Shown here piece after piece: positions 24,882 to 32,000 of a stretch of 32,000 nucleotides of DNA. Origin of the DNA: Ignicoccus hospitalis KIN4/I (lineage in GTDB: Archaea > Thermoproteota > Thermoprotei_A > Sulfolobales > Ignicoccaceae). The translations under genes were made by a program, and so were the position numbers. Under the pieces are notes generated by a model. It was not told the origin of the DNA, searched no databases, and saw nothing but the letters and a program-made list of their open reading frames with translations. The stretch is from assembly GCF_000017945.1 (NCBI RefSeq), contig NC_009776.1, forward strand, positions 900,001 through 932,000, written 5' to 3'. Numbering within the stretch: the first letter of the stretch is position 1; each line of letters starts with the position of its first letter.

Positions 24882-25655
24882 CCCCCCGTCCACTTGCAAG
24901 GAGACCCCGTTCACGTAAGAGGCGGCCTCGGAGGCTAGGAACACCACAGCCCTAGCCACCTCCTCCGGCTCCGCCAGCCTCTTGAGGGGTATAGCGTCGC
25001 TCAGCTCCCTGAGGGCTTCCTCGTAGCTCTTCCCCTCCATTTCCGCCTTCTTCTTGATGACCTCCTTAACCCTCTCGGTGAGGGTGTAGCCGGGGAGGAC
25101 GGAGTTGAACGTAATCCCCTTCCCGGCGTACTCCTTAACCAAGGTCTTCATTAAGCCCGCTATCCCGACCCTAACCGCGTTGGAGAGCACCAAGCCCTCC
25201 AAGGGCATCTTTATGGCCACGCTAGTTATGTAAACTACCCTCCCCCACCCCCTCTCTACCATCTCCGGGAGGACCAGCTTGGTCAAGTGGGCGGCACTCT
25301 CCAGCAAGAGCTTATACGCTTCTTCCCAGTCCTCCAAGGTCGTCTCCTCGAAGGCCTTGGCAGGGGGGCCGCCGGAGTTGAAGACGAAGACGTCCACCCC
25401 GCCGAGGGCCTTCCTGGCCTCCCCCACCAGCCTCTCCCTGTCCTCCTTGGACCTCAAGTCCGCCGTAGTCCCCCGGACCTCGCCCAAGGGGGAGAGCTCC
25501 TCCAAGGCTCTTTTGACGTTCTCCTCCCTCCTGGAGCTTATGAACACCTTCGCGCCCTCCTTTAGGAACTCCCTCGCCACAGCGAGGCCTATGCCCTTAG
25601 TGGAGGCCGTGACCAAGACCCTCTTGCCCGCCAGCCCCAAGTCCACGGGGGGCAC
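24861..25655 (-). CDS. Short-chain dehydrogenase/reductase (FabG-like), non-canonical active site
   Basis: Rossmann motif VTASTKGIGLA, NSGG (NNAG-like), and a C-terminal ASYVNGVSLQVDGG. At the position of YxxxK the sequence reads S-N-A-V-R. Confidence 0.88.
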   Translation of the reverse strand: MPPVDLGLAGKRVLVTASTKGIGLAVAREFLKEGAKVFISSRREENVKRALEELSPLGEVRGTTADLRSKEDRERLVGEARKALGGVDVFVFNSGGPPAKAFEETTLEDWEEAYKLLLESAAHLTKLVLPEMVERGWGRVVYITSVAIKMPLEGLVLSNAVRVGIAGLMKTLVKEYAGKGITFNSVLPGYTLTERVKEVIKKKAEMEGKSYEEALRELSDAIPLKRLAEPEEVARAVVFLASEAASYVNGVSLQVDGGLVPTLF

Positions 25656-25658
25656 CGC

Positions 25659-26621
25659 TCACTTCAGTATAACCACCTTAGTTAAGTCCTCCGCGGCGTA
25701 GGAGCGGGGGAAGACCCTCCTAGCCTCCTCCAAGTGCCTCCTCAAGTCCTTGTACCTAGCGGAGAAGTGGACCATCAAGAGCTGCTTGACCCCGGCCCTA
25801 GCCGCTGCCGTCGCCGCGTCCTCCGCGGTGGAGTGCCCCCTGTCGTGGGCCTCCTCCTTTAACTCCTTGGTGAAGGTGGCCTCGTGGACCAATAAGTCAG
25901 CCCCCTCGGCCTCTTCCACCAGCCTCTCGCAAGGAGCCGTGTCGCCGCTGTAGACCACCTTTATCCTCTCGCCCTCGAACGTGAAGTCCTCGTACTTGAA
26001 CACCCTCCCCTCCCAGACCACGTCCTCCCCGCGCTGGAGCCTCCCCCAGAGCCTCTTGGGCAGCCCCTCCCTTTCCAACACGTCTGCCCTCACCTTCCTC
26101 TTGGAAGCGGTCTCCACCGACACGCCGAAGGCGGGGACCGTGTGATTCACTGGAAACACCTTTAACTTCAAGTTCCTATAAGTTATTTCTGCATCCCTAA
26201 GGACTTCCACTACCTTTATCGGGTAAGGGGGGTAGAAGTAAGTGAGCTCAAAGGACGAGAGGAGGAAGTCCTTCAACCCCTTGGGTCCTATCACCAGCAG
26301 CTCGTCCCTCCTGGAGGCCATGGCCATGGTCTGGAGCAGGCCCGGGAGGCCGAGGACGTGGTCCCCGTGGAGGTGGGAGACGAAGACTACCTTTATCCTC
26401 GAGAAGCTTATCTTGGCCTTCATGAGCTGGAACTGCGTCCCCTCGCCGCAGTCCAAGAGCGCCCCAACCCCTTCGTACTCGAAGTAGTGGGCTGGCAGGG
26501 CCCTCTCGGGGGCCGGGGAGGCGGCGCCGCTGCCCAGCACTACGAACCTCGCCCTCTTCAAAGCCCCTTTCCTTTGAAAGGGGGAGCGGAAGGCCCCCTT
26601 ATGGGGGATGCCCGAATGCAC
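25659..26621 (-). CDS. rnz: Ribonuclease Z (tRNA 3-prime endonuclease, metallo-beta-lactamase fold)
   Basis: FVVLGSGAASP...LLDCGEGTQ, the HxHxDH motif SHLHGDHVLGLPGLL, and C-terminal LVHEATF and HSTAEDAA. A TTG at 26561 (MKRARFVVLGSG) is probably the true start rather than 26621. Confidence 0.9.
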   Translation of the reverse strand: MHSGIPHKGAFRSPFQRKGALKRARFVVLGSGAASPAPERALPAHYFEYEGVGALLDCGEGTQFQLMKAKISFSRIKVVFVSHLHGDHVLGLPGLLQTMAMASRRDELLVIGPKGLKDFLLSSFELTYFYPPYPIKVVEVLRDAEITYRNLKLKVFPVNHTVPAFGVSVETASKRKVRADVLEREGLPKRLWGRLQRGEDVVWEGRVFKYEDFTFEGERIKVVYSGDTAPCERLVEEAEGADLLVHEATFTKELKEEAHDRGHSTAEDAATAAARAGVKQLLMVHFSARYKDLRRHLEEARRVFPRSYAAEDLTKVVILK

Positions 26622-26660
26622 CTCCTCCGAGGGGTGAGGAGAAGGTAAGGAGGGGGACCC

Positions 26661-26876
26661 TTAGCACCTAAGCGCGGGCTCCAGCGCGTTCTCGGCCAAG
26701 ACGTCCGTGTTCAACACTAATGGGTCGTCAGTGCCTAGGAGGACCCTCAAGCCCTTTGAGACGAAGCACCCGAGCGGGTGAACCCCGGGCTTCAAGACTA
26801 TGATCATGTTAGAGGTGGAGCACGTCTCTATGATAACCTCCCTCTTCTTTCCTGAACGCCTTATGGAGTTCTTCAA
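26661..26876 (-). pseudogene. Adenosine/AMP-deaminase-family C-terminal fragment (71 aa remnant)
   Basis: EVIIETCSTSNMIIVLKPGVHPLGCFVSKGLRVLLGTDDPLV matches the ADA motifs E-x-C-P-x-SN ... HP ... G-x-x-V-x-x-x-TDDP. Only 105 nt separate it from the upstream gene, so roughly 250 N-terminal residues, including the metal-binding His motifs, are absent. The C-terminus also looks short. Confidence 0.55.
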
Positions 26877-26981
26877 GCGCTGAGGCCTCTGAAGGGTTGA
26901 CGTCCTGCAAGGTTTGGCGTAGAGAACCTCGCTACAGCACTACAACGCAAAGGTTTTCTATAAATAAGCTTTCGGAGGATA

Positions 26982-28511
26982 TCATACCTGCAAGACCCAA
27001 TTCAAAGCGGCTTTTAGAGCTTCTTTGTACGCATCCTCGATGTTATCAAAGGTCCTCGGTCCTTGAGGCGTCATGACGCCGTAGAGGACCGGCGGGCAGA
27101 AGCGGCCCACGTTCCTCCTTCCCCGTCCGATCAACACTTCCTTTACCGCCACGAACCTCCTGTCGCACGAGATTCTGGGCTTCCCGCCGACAAACACCGA
27201 GACCCCGCCCACGTGGTAGAGCTTCTTGCCCTTGGGATCCCCTTCTATGACCTTAAGGAGGGACCAGTCGAAGAGCGGTAACACCGCTGCCCCCTCCCTT
27301 ACGGGTACGAACCAAATGGTGGAGACCCTCCTACCCTCCTCCGCGCTCACCCTCATCCCGCCGCCACAAGTCCTCTCGCAGTACATCTCCGGAATGCCGG
27401 AGGCTAGGAGGTAGCCGTAGAAGTTGAAGTCCTCGCGTCCGGGACAAGAACACCTTATCTTAGACCGCCTCGGGAGGCCCAAGGGCCACGTGTGGATGTT
27501 GCTCCCTATCTCCTTCATCGGCCTCCTCGCCTTCCTCTTCCACTCGCTCTTTAACACGGACTTGGCTATCTCTTCTATTATCATTCCGTAATCGTTTGTG
27601 GGGATCCGCTTGAGGTACTCAGTACAGAGGTCCTTCGGGTCGCCTAGGTGCGGGACCTCCCTCCCGTCGCTGAAGTCCCCCAAGGCCTTTGGGTTGAGTT
27701 GCTCTGCTAGCTCACCCGCGCTAATCAAAAGATCTTCAACGCTCCTCAAGAGATTTTCAATAATCTTCTTGACGTCCTCACAAGAGGGTCCGGAGGGGCT
27801 TTCCCAGAACCTGCCGAAGCCGCGGGACGCGGCCTTCCCAATTCCTATTACCGTCAGGGCTGCCTTTACGCTGTTAACGAAAGCTCTCTCCAACGCTTTC
27901 GCGTAACCGCTAAGCCCGAGCCTCCGGAGGCGCCCCTCATCAATGGAATAGTAAACCTTTAGGCGAAGCGCCCCCGGGGGCAAGGGGGCCTTCGTCCCGG
28001 ACTTGTCGTCCCTCCTTATCAACGCGTGGTAGCGGTTCTTCTTGGCGTACTTCGGGTTCCAAGCGTGCTCCTTTAGGACTTCCACCTCCACCCTCAACCC
28101 GAAGAGGGACGCTACGCTCAAACACCCGAAGAGCAAGCACAAGATCGAGTGTTCCCCTATCTTTAACTTCAACTTCTTCTTTTGCCTTTTTTCTTCCTCT
28201 CTCTTCCCTTCTTCGTAAGCTTCCTTCTTCAGCTTCTTCTTTGACTTCTCCTCTTCCCTCTCCTCCCCGTAAGCTTCCCTGTAGCTCTTCGGGGCATCTA
28301 AGTAGGCGTTGAGGGCGAGGGTGAAGGCGTACCTAGCCCTCGCGAGCAGGGCTTGGGAGGTGGGCAGGCCGGTGACAACCCTCCTCCCCCTGAAGTCAGT
28401 AAAGGTCTCGCCCTTCCAGTCGCCCACCATTATGGGAGTGTAGTTGACGTAAGTCCCCAGGGGCTTCCACGGGTCAGCCAAGCTCTGGCGCACCAACTCG
28501 GTTAGGTCCAA
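26982..28511 (-). CDS. RAMP-superfamily protein with two RAMP/RRM-like domains (Cmr1-like), solitary
   Basis: Domain 1: YTPIMVGDW (compare Cmr1 TPlf.GG), SQALLARARYAF, SILCLLFGC...SLFGLRVEV, and G-rich loop GIGKAASRGFGRFW. Domain 2: WPLGLPRR, GRRVSTIWFVPV (compare RraSPl) and G-rich loop IGRGRRNVGRFC. Recognised by eye only. TTG start. Confidence 0.55.
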   Translation of the reverse strand: MDLTELVRQSLADPWKPLGTYVNYTPIMVGDWKGETFTDFRGRRVVTGLPTSQALLARARYAFTLALNAYLDAPKSYREAYGEEREEEKSKKKLKKEAYEEGKREEEKRQKKKLKLKIGEHSILCLLFGCLSVASLFGLRVEVEVLKEHAWNPKYAKKNRYHALIRRDDKSGTKAPLPPGALRLKVYYSIDEGRLRRLGLSGYAKALERAFVNSVKAALTVIGIGKAASRGFGRFWESPSGPSCEDVKKIIENLLRSVEDLLISAGELAEQLNPKALGDFSDGREVPHLGDPKDLCTEYLKRIPTNDYGMIIEEIAKSVLKSEWKRKARRPMKEIGSNIHTWPLGLPRRSKIRCSCPGREDFNFYGYLLASGIPEMYCERTCGGGMRVSAEEGRRVSTIWFVPVREGAAVLPLFDWSLLKVIEGDPKGKKLYHVGGVSVFVGGKPRISCDRRFVAVKEVLIGRGRRNVGRFCPPVLYGVMTPQGPRTFDNIEDAYKEALKAALNWVLQV

Positions 28512-28544
28512 AACGCGCGCCCCCTAGCTTCTCTACCTCGTGCT

Positions 28545-29225
28545 TTAATAGCCCTCGCCGTCACAGAACTCCTCCAACACCTTCTTAATTATTAAGCTTG
28601 AAGAGCAGAGGCCGCCGGGTATGCACCTCTTCTCCTTCATCCTCACCACTTCCACCTCCAGCCCCCTCTTCCTCAGCTCCTCCTTCAGCTCCTCCTCGTC
28701 CCACGTCTGGTCGGGGCCCAAGAAGATGACGTCCGGCTTGAGCTTGACTACGGTCTCTATCGGGTCCTCCCCGCCCACGTAAGCCTCCTTGACGTACTTC
28801 AAGCTGCCCACCACGTACCTCCTCTGCTCTTGGGGCACCACCGGCCCCCTCCCCTTCAGCCTCTTCACGGTCTCGTCCCTAGCGACCACAACTATGACGT
28901 CGCCGAGCTTGGAGGCCTCCTTCAACAGCTCCACGTGTCCGGGGTGCACGATGTCGAAGGTCCCGCCGACGAAGACCCTCTTCCTCCTCTCCCTCTTCCA
29001 CTCGAACTCGGCCTTTCCTATCATCCTTAAGGCGTCTAACAAGCCCTCGGCGTAGGAAGCCGTCACCAGCGCGGTCTCGCAGTCTCCGGAGTTCAAGTAG
29101 TACTCGGTGTCCTCCACGTACCTCTTGGCTAGGTCCACCACCTCGCTCGCTTCGGGAGAATACTTAATATTGCTAATTACTCCCTTCAGGTTGTTCAAAT
29201 ACTTCGCGGCCCTCTCGCAGCTCAA
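28545..29225 (-). CDS. ribL: DUF357-like N-terminal domain fused to FMN adenylyltransferase (archaeal FAD synthase RibL, cytidylyltransferase fold)
   Basis: Nucleotidyltransferase signature VFVGGTFDIVHPGHVELL, followed by VVVARDETV...KGRGPVVPQEQR. The TTG start overlaps the upstream TGA (TTGA). Confidence 0.78.
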   Translation of the reverse strand: MSCERAAKYLNNLKGVISNIKYSPEASEVVDLAKRYVEDTEYYLNSGDCETALVTASYAEGLLDALRMIGKAEFEWKRERRKRVFVGGTFDIVHPGHVELLKEASKLGDVIVVVARDETVKRLKGRGPVVPQEQRRYVVGSLKYVKEAYVGGEDPIETVVKLKPDVIFLGPDQTWDEEELKEELRKRGLEVEVVRMKEKRCIPGGLCSSSLIIKKVLEEFCDGEGY

Positions 29226-29650
29226 GCTCTCTCCGAGGGGCTTGGCTGGGGAACCTTAACCGCTGAGGCCTCCGAGACCCCCTCCAGCGCCCTCAGCCGC
29301 TCCTCCACCTCCTTGGGGTCCAACTCCTTGGGCACCTCCGCGATTATCTGGCACTCGGCGCTCTCCCCCTTCTTCACGGTCTTGCAGCTGGTGGCGAGCT
29401 GGTTCACCCCCATTTCGGCTAGCTTCTCCGCTATCTCCGCCAACTTGCCCTTTTCGTCCTTGAACAACACAAATATTTCCAATATGACCTTGTCCTCGCT
29501 CACGCTGGGAAGGATGGTTATTTCACCCTTGTTGAGGTCGGCTATCATCACGACGTAGCTGCCGCCCTCTATGTTCAGCGCGTCCCTCACAGTCCTAGGT
29601 ATGGTAATCCTTCCCTTCATATCGACCTTCAACAACTCTACTAGCCTCAA
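29222..29650 (-). CDS. AbrB/SpoVT-type DNA-binding domain fused to an ACT-like ligand-binding domain
   Basis: The N-terminus VDMKGRITIPRTVRDALNIEGGSYVVM is the swapped-hairpin AbrB motif. The C-terminus ILEIFVLFKDEKGKLAEIAEKLAEMGVNQL...CQIIAEV...LRALEGV is ACT-like. Confidence 0.68.
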   Translation of the reverse strand: MRLVELLKVDMKGRITIPRTVRDALNIEGGSYVVMIADLNKGEITILPSVSEDKVILEIFVLFKDEKGKLAEIAEKLAEMGVNQLATSCKTVKKGESAECQIIAEVPKELDPKEVEERLRALEGVSEASAVKVPQPSPSERA

Positions 29651-29695
29651 GACGGCGTTTCCCGTGGGACCGTTGTGGTCTGAGCTTCTAAAACG

Positions 29696-30103
29696 TCACT
29701 CGGGGGGCTTGGACGCCTCCTCCGAGACTTGCTCGGCCATCTCCTTTAACTCCTCAAGCTTTTCCTCGTCCAAGTAAGGAGCTACCAAGTAAACTACGTA
29801 GGGGGAGCCTTGGTAGGCGTACTTGGGGAAGGTTATGACGAAGTAAGGCACCTTCACCACCGCTACCTTCCCCTCCTTCCTCATGTCGTACTTGCTCAGC
29901 GCTTCGTACTGCTCCGGGGTCAAGGGGAGCTCGTACTCGAACTCCACGAAGTCCCCCATTATCATAAAGTCCTTGCTCTCGGGCTTCCACTCGTCCTTCA
30001 ATGCGGCTATGGCCTTCTGCCTCACCACCTCGTTCATGTCGCCCTTTATAACAACGGCGTTCGCGCCGGTCTCCGGATCGTACTTCACCAAGACTAACCT
30101 CAT
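29696..30103 (-). CDS. Hypothetical protein (135 aa from ATG 30103)
   Basis: MRLVLVKYDPETG... has good coding composition. The ORF-track N-terminal extension to 30166 would start only ~5 nt from the TATA element, so it is unlikely. Confidence 0.55.
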   Translation of the reverse strand: MRLVLVKYDPETGANAVVIKGDMNEVVRQKAIAALKDEWKPESKDFMIMGDFVEFEYELPLTPEQYEALSKYDMRKEGKVAVVKVPYFVITFPKYAYQGSPYVVYLVAPYLDEEKLEELKEMAEQVSEEASKPPE

Positions 30104-30166
30104 GGCCCCTTCCTCGAACGGGCTCGAAGGGAAGGCTTTATGGTTTGAGCGCCCCCGCAACGTCAC

Positions 30167-30178
30167 TTAAATTTAAAT
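30167..30178. promoter_or_regulatory. Palindromic TATA-like element (TTAAATTTAAAT) between divergent genes
   Basis: Its centre lies ~22 nt upstream of the GTG 30194 start of the PHP gene, giving leaderless spacing. TTAAATTTAA is its own reverse complement, so it could also serve the divergent 29696..30103 gene. Confidence 0.4.
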
Positions 30179-30193
30179 GAAGTCGGAATCTCA

Positions 30194-30883
30194 GTGGGGT
30201 TCATTTTGCGCGCTCTAAAGGCAGACCTCCACGTGCATACCACCTACAGCGACGGCCTGGACCCGGTCGAGGTAGTCTTGGAGGCCGCACTGGAAAAGGG
30301 ACTTGACGTAATAGCCATAACCGATCACAACACTTTTAAGGGCAGCTTGGCGGCCTCCAAGGTTATAAAGGAAAAAGGGTTGGACTTGGTGCTCGTGTAC
30401 GGAAACGAGGTGAGGGCAAGCTACTTGGGAAAGTTAATGGACGTGCTCGTCCTCTGCCCGGAGTACCCGGGGGAGGGGTGGCCGAGGGACGCCTTGACCC
30501 TTTACGACTGGGCGGAGAAGAGGGGCTGCCTTTACGTCCCGGCCCACCCCTTCGACTCCCGGAGGTACGGCTGCGGGGAGCTGCTCTACGACTTGGAGGT
30601 CCACGCGATAGAGGTCTGGAACGCCAGAGCTCCTAGGTCGTTGAACGAAGAAGCCTTGAGGGCCGCGGAGCTCCTCGGCAAGCCCGGGATAGCTAACAGC
30701 GACGCCCACGAGGCCGAACAAGTCGCCTTGGCGCACAGCGTCCTAGAGGCCGAGCCCACCCCCGAAGGGGTCTTGGAGGCCATCTTGAAGGGGAGGGTTA
30801 GGGTGGTGAAGGGGAGCGTATCTACCATGGGCTACTTGAAGTACGTAAAGAGGAAGCTCTTAAACAAGAGGAGGCGTTACTGA
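30194..30883 (+). CDS. PHP-domain metal-dependent phosphoesterase
   Basis: ADLHVHTTYSDG (PHP motif I), AITDHNT, VPAHPF and NSDAHE histidine/aspartate motifs. Overlaps the convergent srp54 by 7 nt. Confidence 0.8.
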   Translation: MGFILRALKADLHVHTTYSDGLDPVEVVLEAALEKGLDVIAITDHNTFKGSLAASKVIKEKGLDLVLVYGNEVRASYLGKLMDVLVLCPEYPGEGWPRDALTLYDWAEKRGCLYVPAHPFDSRRYGCGELLYDLEVHAIEVWNARAPRSLNEEALRAAELLGKPGIANSDAHEAEQVALAHSVLEAEPTPEGVLEAILKGRVRVVKGSVSTMGYLKYVKRKLLNKRRRY

Positions 30884-32000
30884 AGTTCGAACTTCTCCAT
30901 CAACTTGTTCAGCATTCCCCTCTTCCTCTTTAGTTGCCTTATCATCTTCCGAGTCATCTGGTAGTGTTTGAGGAGCTCCTCCACGTCCTTAACGCTCGTG
31001 CCGGAGCCTATGGCTATTCTCCTCATCCTGGACCTGTCTATAATGTTAGGCTTCTCGAGCTCCTCCAAGGTCATGGAGTTCAGTATCGCGAGCCACTTGT
31101 CGAGGACCTTGTCGTCCACTTGTCCTAGGACCTTGTCGTTGAGCGCCAACCCCACCCCCGGGAGCATCTGGAGCAGCTTCTTGAGAGACCCCATCTTCTT
31201 AACTGACACTATTTGGTAGTAGAGGTCCTTCAAGGTTATGTCTCCCTTCTCCAGCACCTTCTGGCTTATCTCCTCCAGCTTGTCGGCCTCTTCCAAGCCC
31301 TTGAGCCTCTCCAGCAGCCCCTCCAGGTCGCCCAGCCCCAGTATTCTTGCGACGAACTTCTTGGGCTTGAACGGTTCCAACTCCTCCAGCTTCTCTCCGG
31401 TGCCCACGAACTTTATGGTGGCCCCCGTGACCGCGACCGCGGAGAGCGCGCCCCCGCCCTTCGCCGTTCCGTCCAGCTTCGTTACCACTATGGACCCTAT
31501 AGGCGTGGTCTTGTGGAAGGCCTCCGCCAACGCCTTCGCTTGCTGACCTATGCTGGCGTCTATAACCAACATGACCTCGTCAGGCTTTATTGCCTCGCTC
31601 ATCTCCTTCATCTCCTTGAGGAGTTCCGCCTCGTTCTTGTGCCTCCCCGCGGTGTCAACTATTATTATTTCAGCGCCTTGGGACTTGGCCCACTCCACCC
31701 CCCTCTTCGCTATGCCAACCGCGTCGTCCCCGGGCTCGGTGTAAAACAAAACCTTCGCCCTCTCGGCGAGCTGGCGGAGCTGGTCCTTCGCCCCCGGCCT
31801 GTAGGTGTCTGCGGCCACCAAGGCGACGCGGTAACCCCTGACCTTGTAGAACCTAGCTAGCTTGCCGGCGGTAGTGGTCTTCCCGCTTCCTTGGACGCCG
31901 ACCATCATTATGACCCACGGCACCTTAGGGGGCTTCAGCTCGGGCTCCTTGTCGCCCCCGAACAAGTTGGCCAGCTCTTCGTAGACTATCTTTACGAACC
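30877..32000 (-). CDS. srp54: Signal recognition particle protein SRP54 (5-prime partial; continues past window end)
   Basis: G domain with [20 protein letters not shown] and TKLDG motifs. Met-rich M domain (LLQMLPG...RIAIGSGT). The frame is open to position 32000 and reads [14 protein letters not shown]. Confidence 0.95.
   Translation of the reverse strand, partial: FVKIVYEELANLFGGDKEPELKPPKVPWVIMMVGVQGSGKTTTAGKLARFYKVRGYRVALVAADTYRPGAKDQLRQLAERAKVLFYTEPGDDAVGIAKRGVEWAKSQGAEIIIVDTAGRHKNEAELLKEMKEMSEAIKPDEVMLVIDASIGQQAKALAEAFHKTTPIGSIVVTKLDGTAKGGGALSAVAVTGATIKFVGTGEKLEELEPFKPKKFVARILGLGDLEGLLERLKGLEEADKLEEISQKVLEKGDITLKDLYYQIVSVKKMGSLKKLLQMLPGVGLALNDKVLGQVDDKVLDKWLAILNSMTLEELEKPNIIDRSRMRRIAIGSGTSVKDVEELLKHYQMTRKMIRQLKRKRGMLNKLMEKFELQ

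Noticed and set aside
26565-26584. Perfect 8-bp hairpin CCCCTTTC-cttt-GAAAGGGG near the RNase Z 5-prime end
   Set aside because: It may be a 5-prime UTR structure if the TTG 26561 start is used, but there is no supporting context. It is noted only as start-site evidence.

Overview
GC-rich, very compact archaeal chromosome segment. Evidence for an archaeon: eS30, archaeal-type SRP54, a tungsten AOR, frequent TTG/GTG starts, 4-nt start/stop overlaps and AT-rich TATA-like promoters. By inference only, it looks like a hyperthermophilic crenarchaeon of the Desulfurococcales/Ignicoccus type. Most of the window is housekeeping. It contains a 5-prime-partial FlaI-like ATPase with a split FlaJ-like membrane component, an MFS-like transporter, eS30 (missing from the ORF track) and an ileS / small membrane protein / MazG-like operon. 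It also has an Mtq2/HemK-like methyltransferase, a peptide-type ABC importer with no ATPase genes, NifX-like and VanZ-like genes, a stand-alone Lrp/AsnC RAM-domain protein, AOR, threonine synthase, an SDR, RNase Z, DUF357-RibL, an AbrB-ACT protein, a PHP phosphoesterase and SRP54 (partial). The accessory content falls into three groups. (1) A 7-repeat CRISPR array (15468-15892) has an AT-rich leader but no cas genes beside it. It sits between a secreted DsbA-like oxidoreductase and two large surface-protein genes: a protein with 20 thrombospondin-type-3-like Ca-binding repeats and a LamG-domain protein. (2) A solitary Cmr1-like dual-RAMP gene (26982-28511) lies about 11 kb from the array inside a co-directional housekeeping gene string. 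It carries a Lys/Glu-rich insertion and is followed by a 71-aa adenosine-deaminase C-terminal remnant. (3) A run of short same-strand ORFs (12642-13673) shows at least one apparent frameshift and possible gene-decay signatures. All functional calls come from motif recognition by eye. No database search was run.
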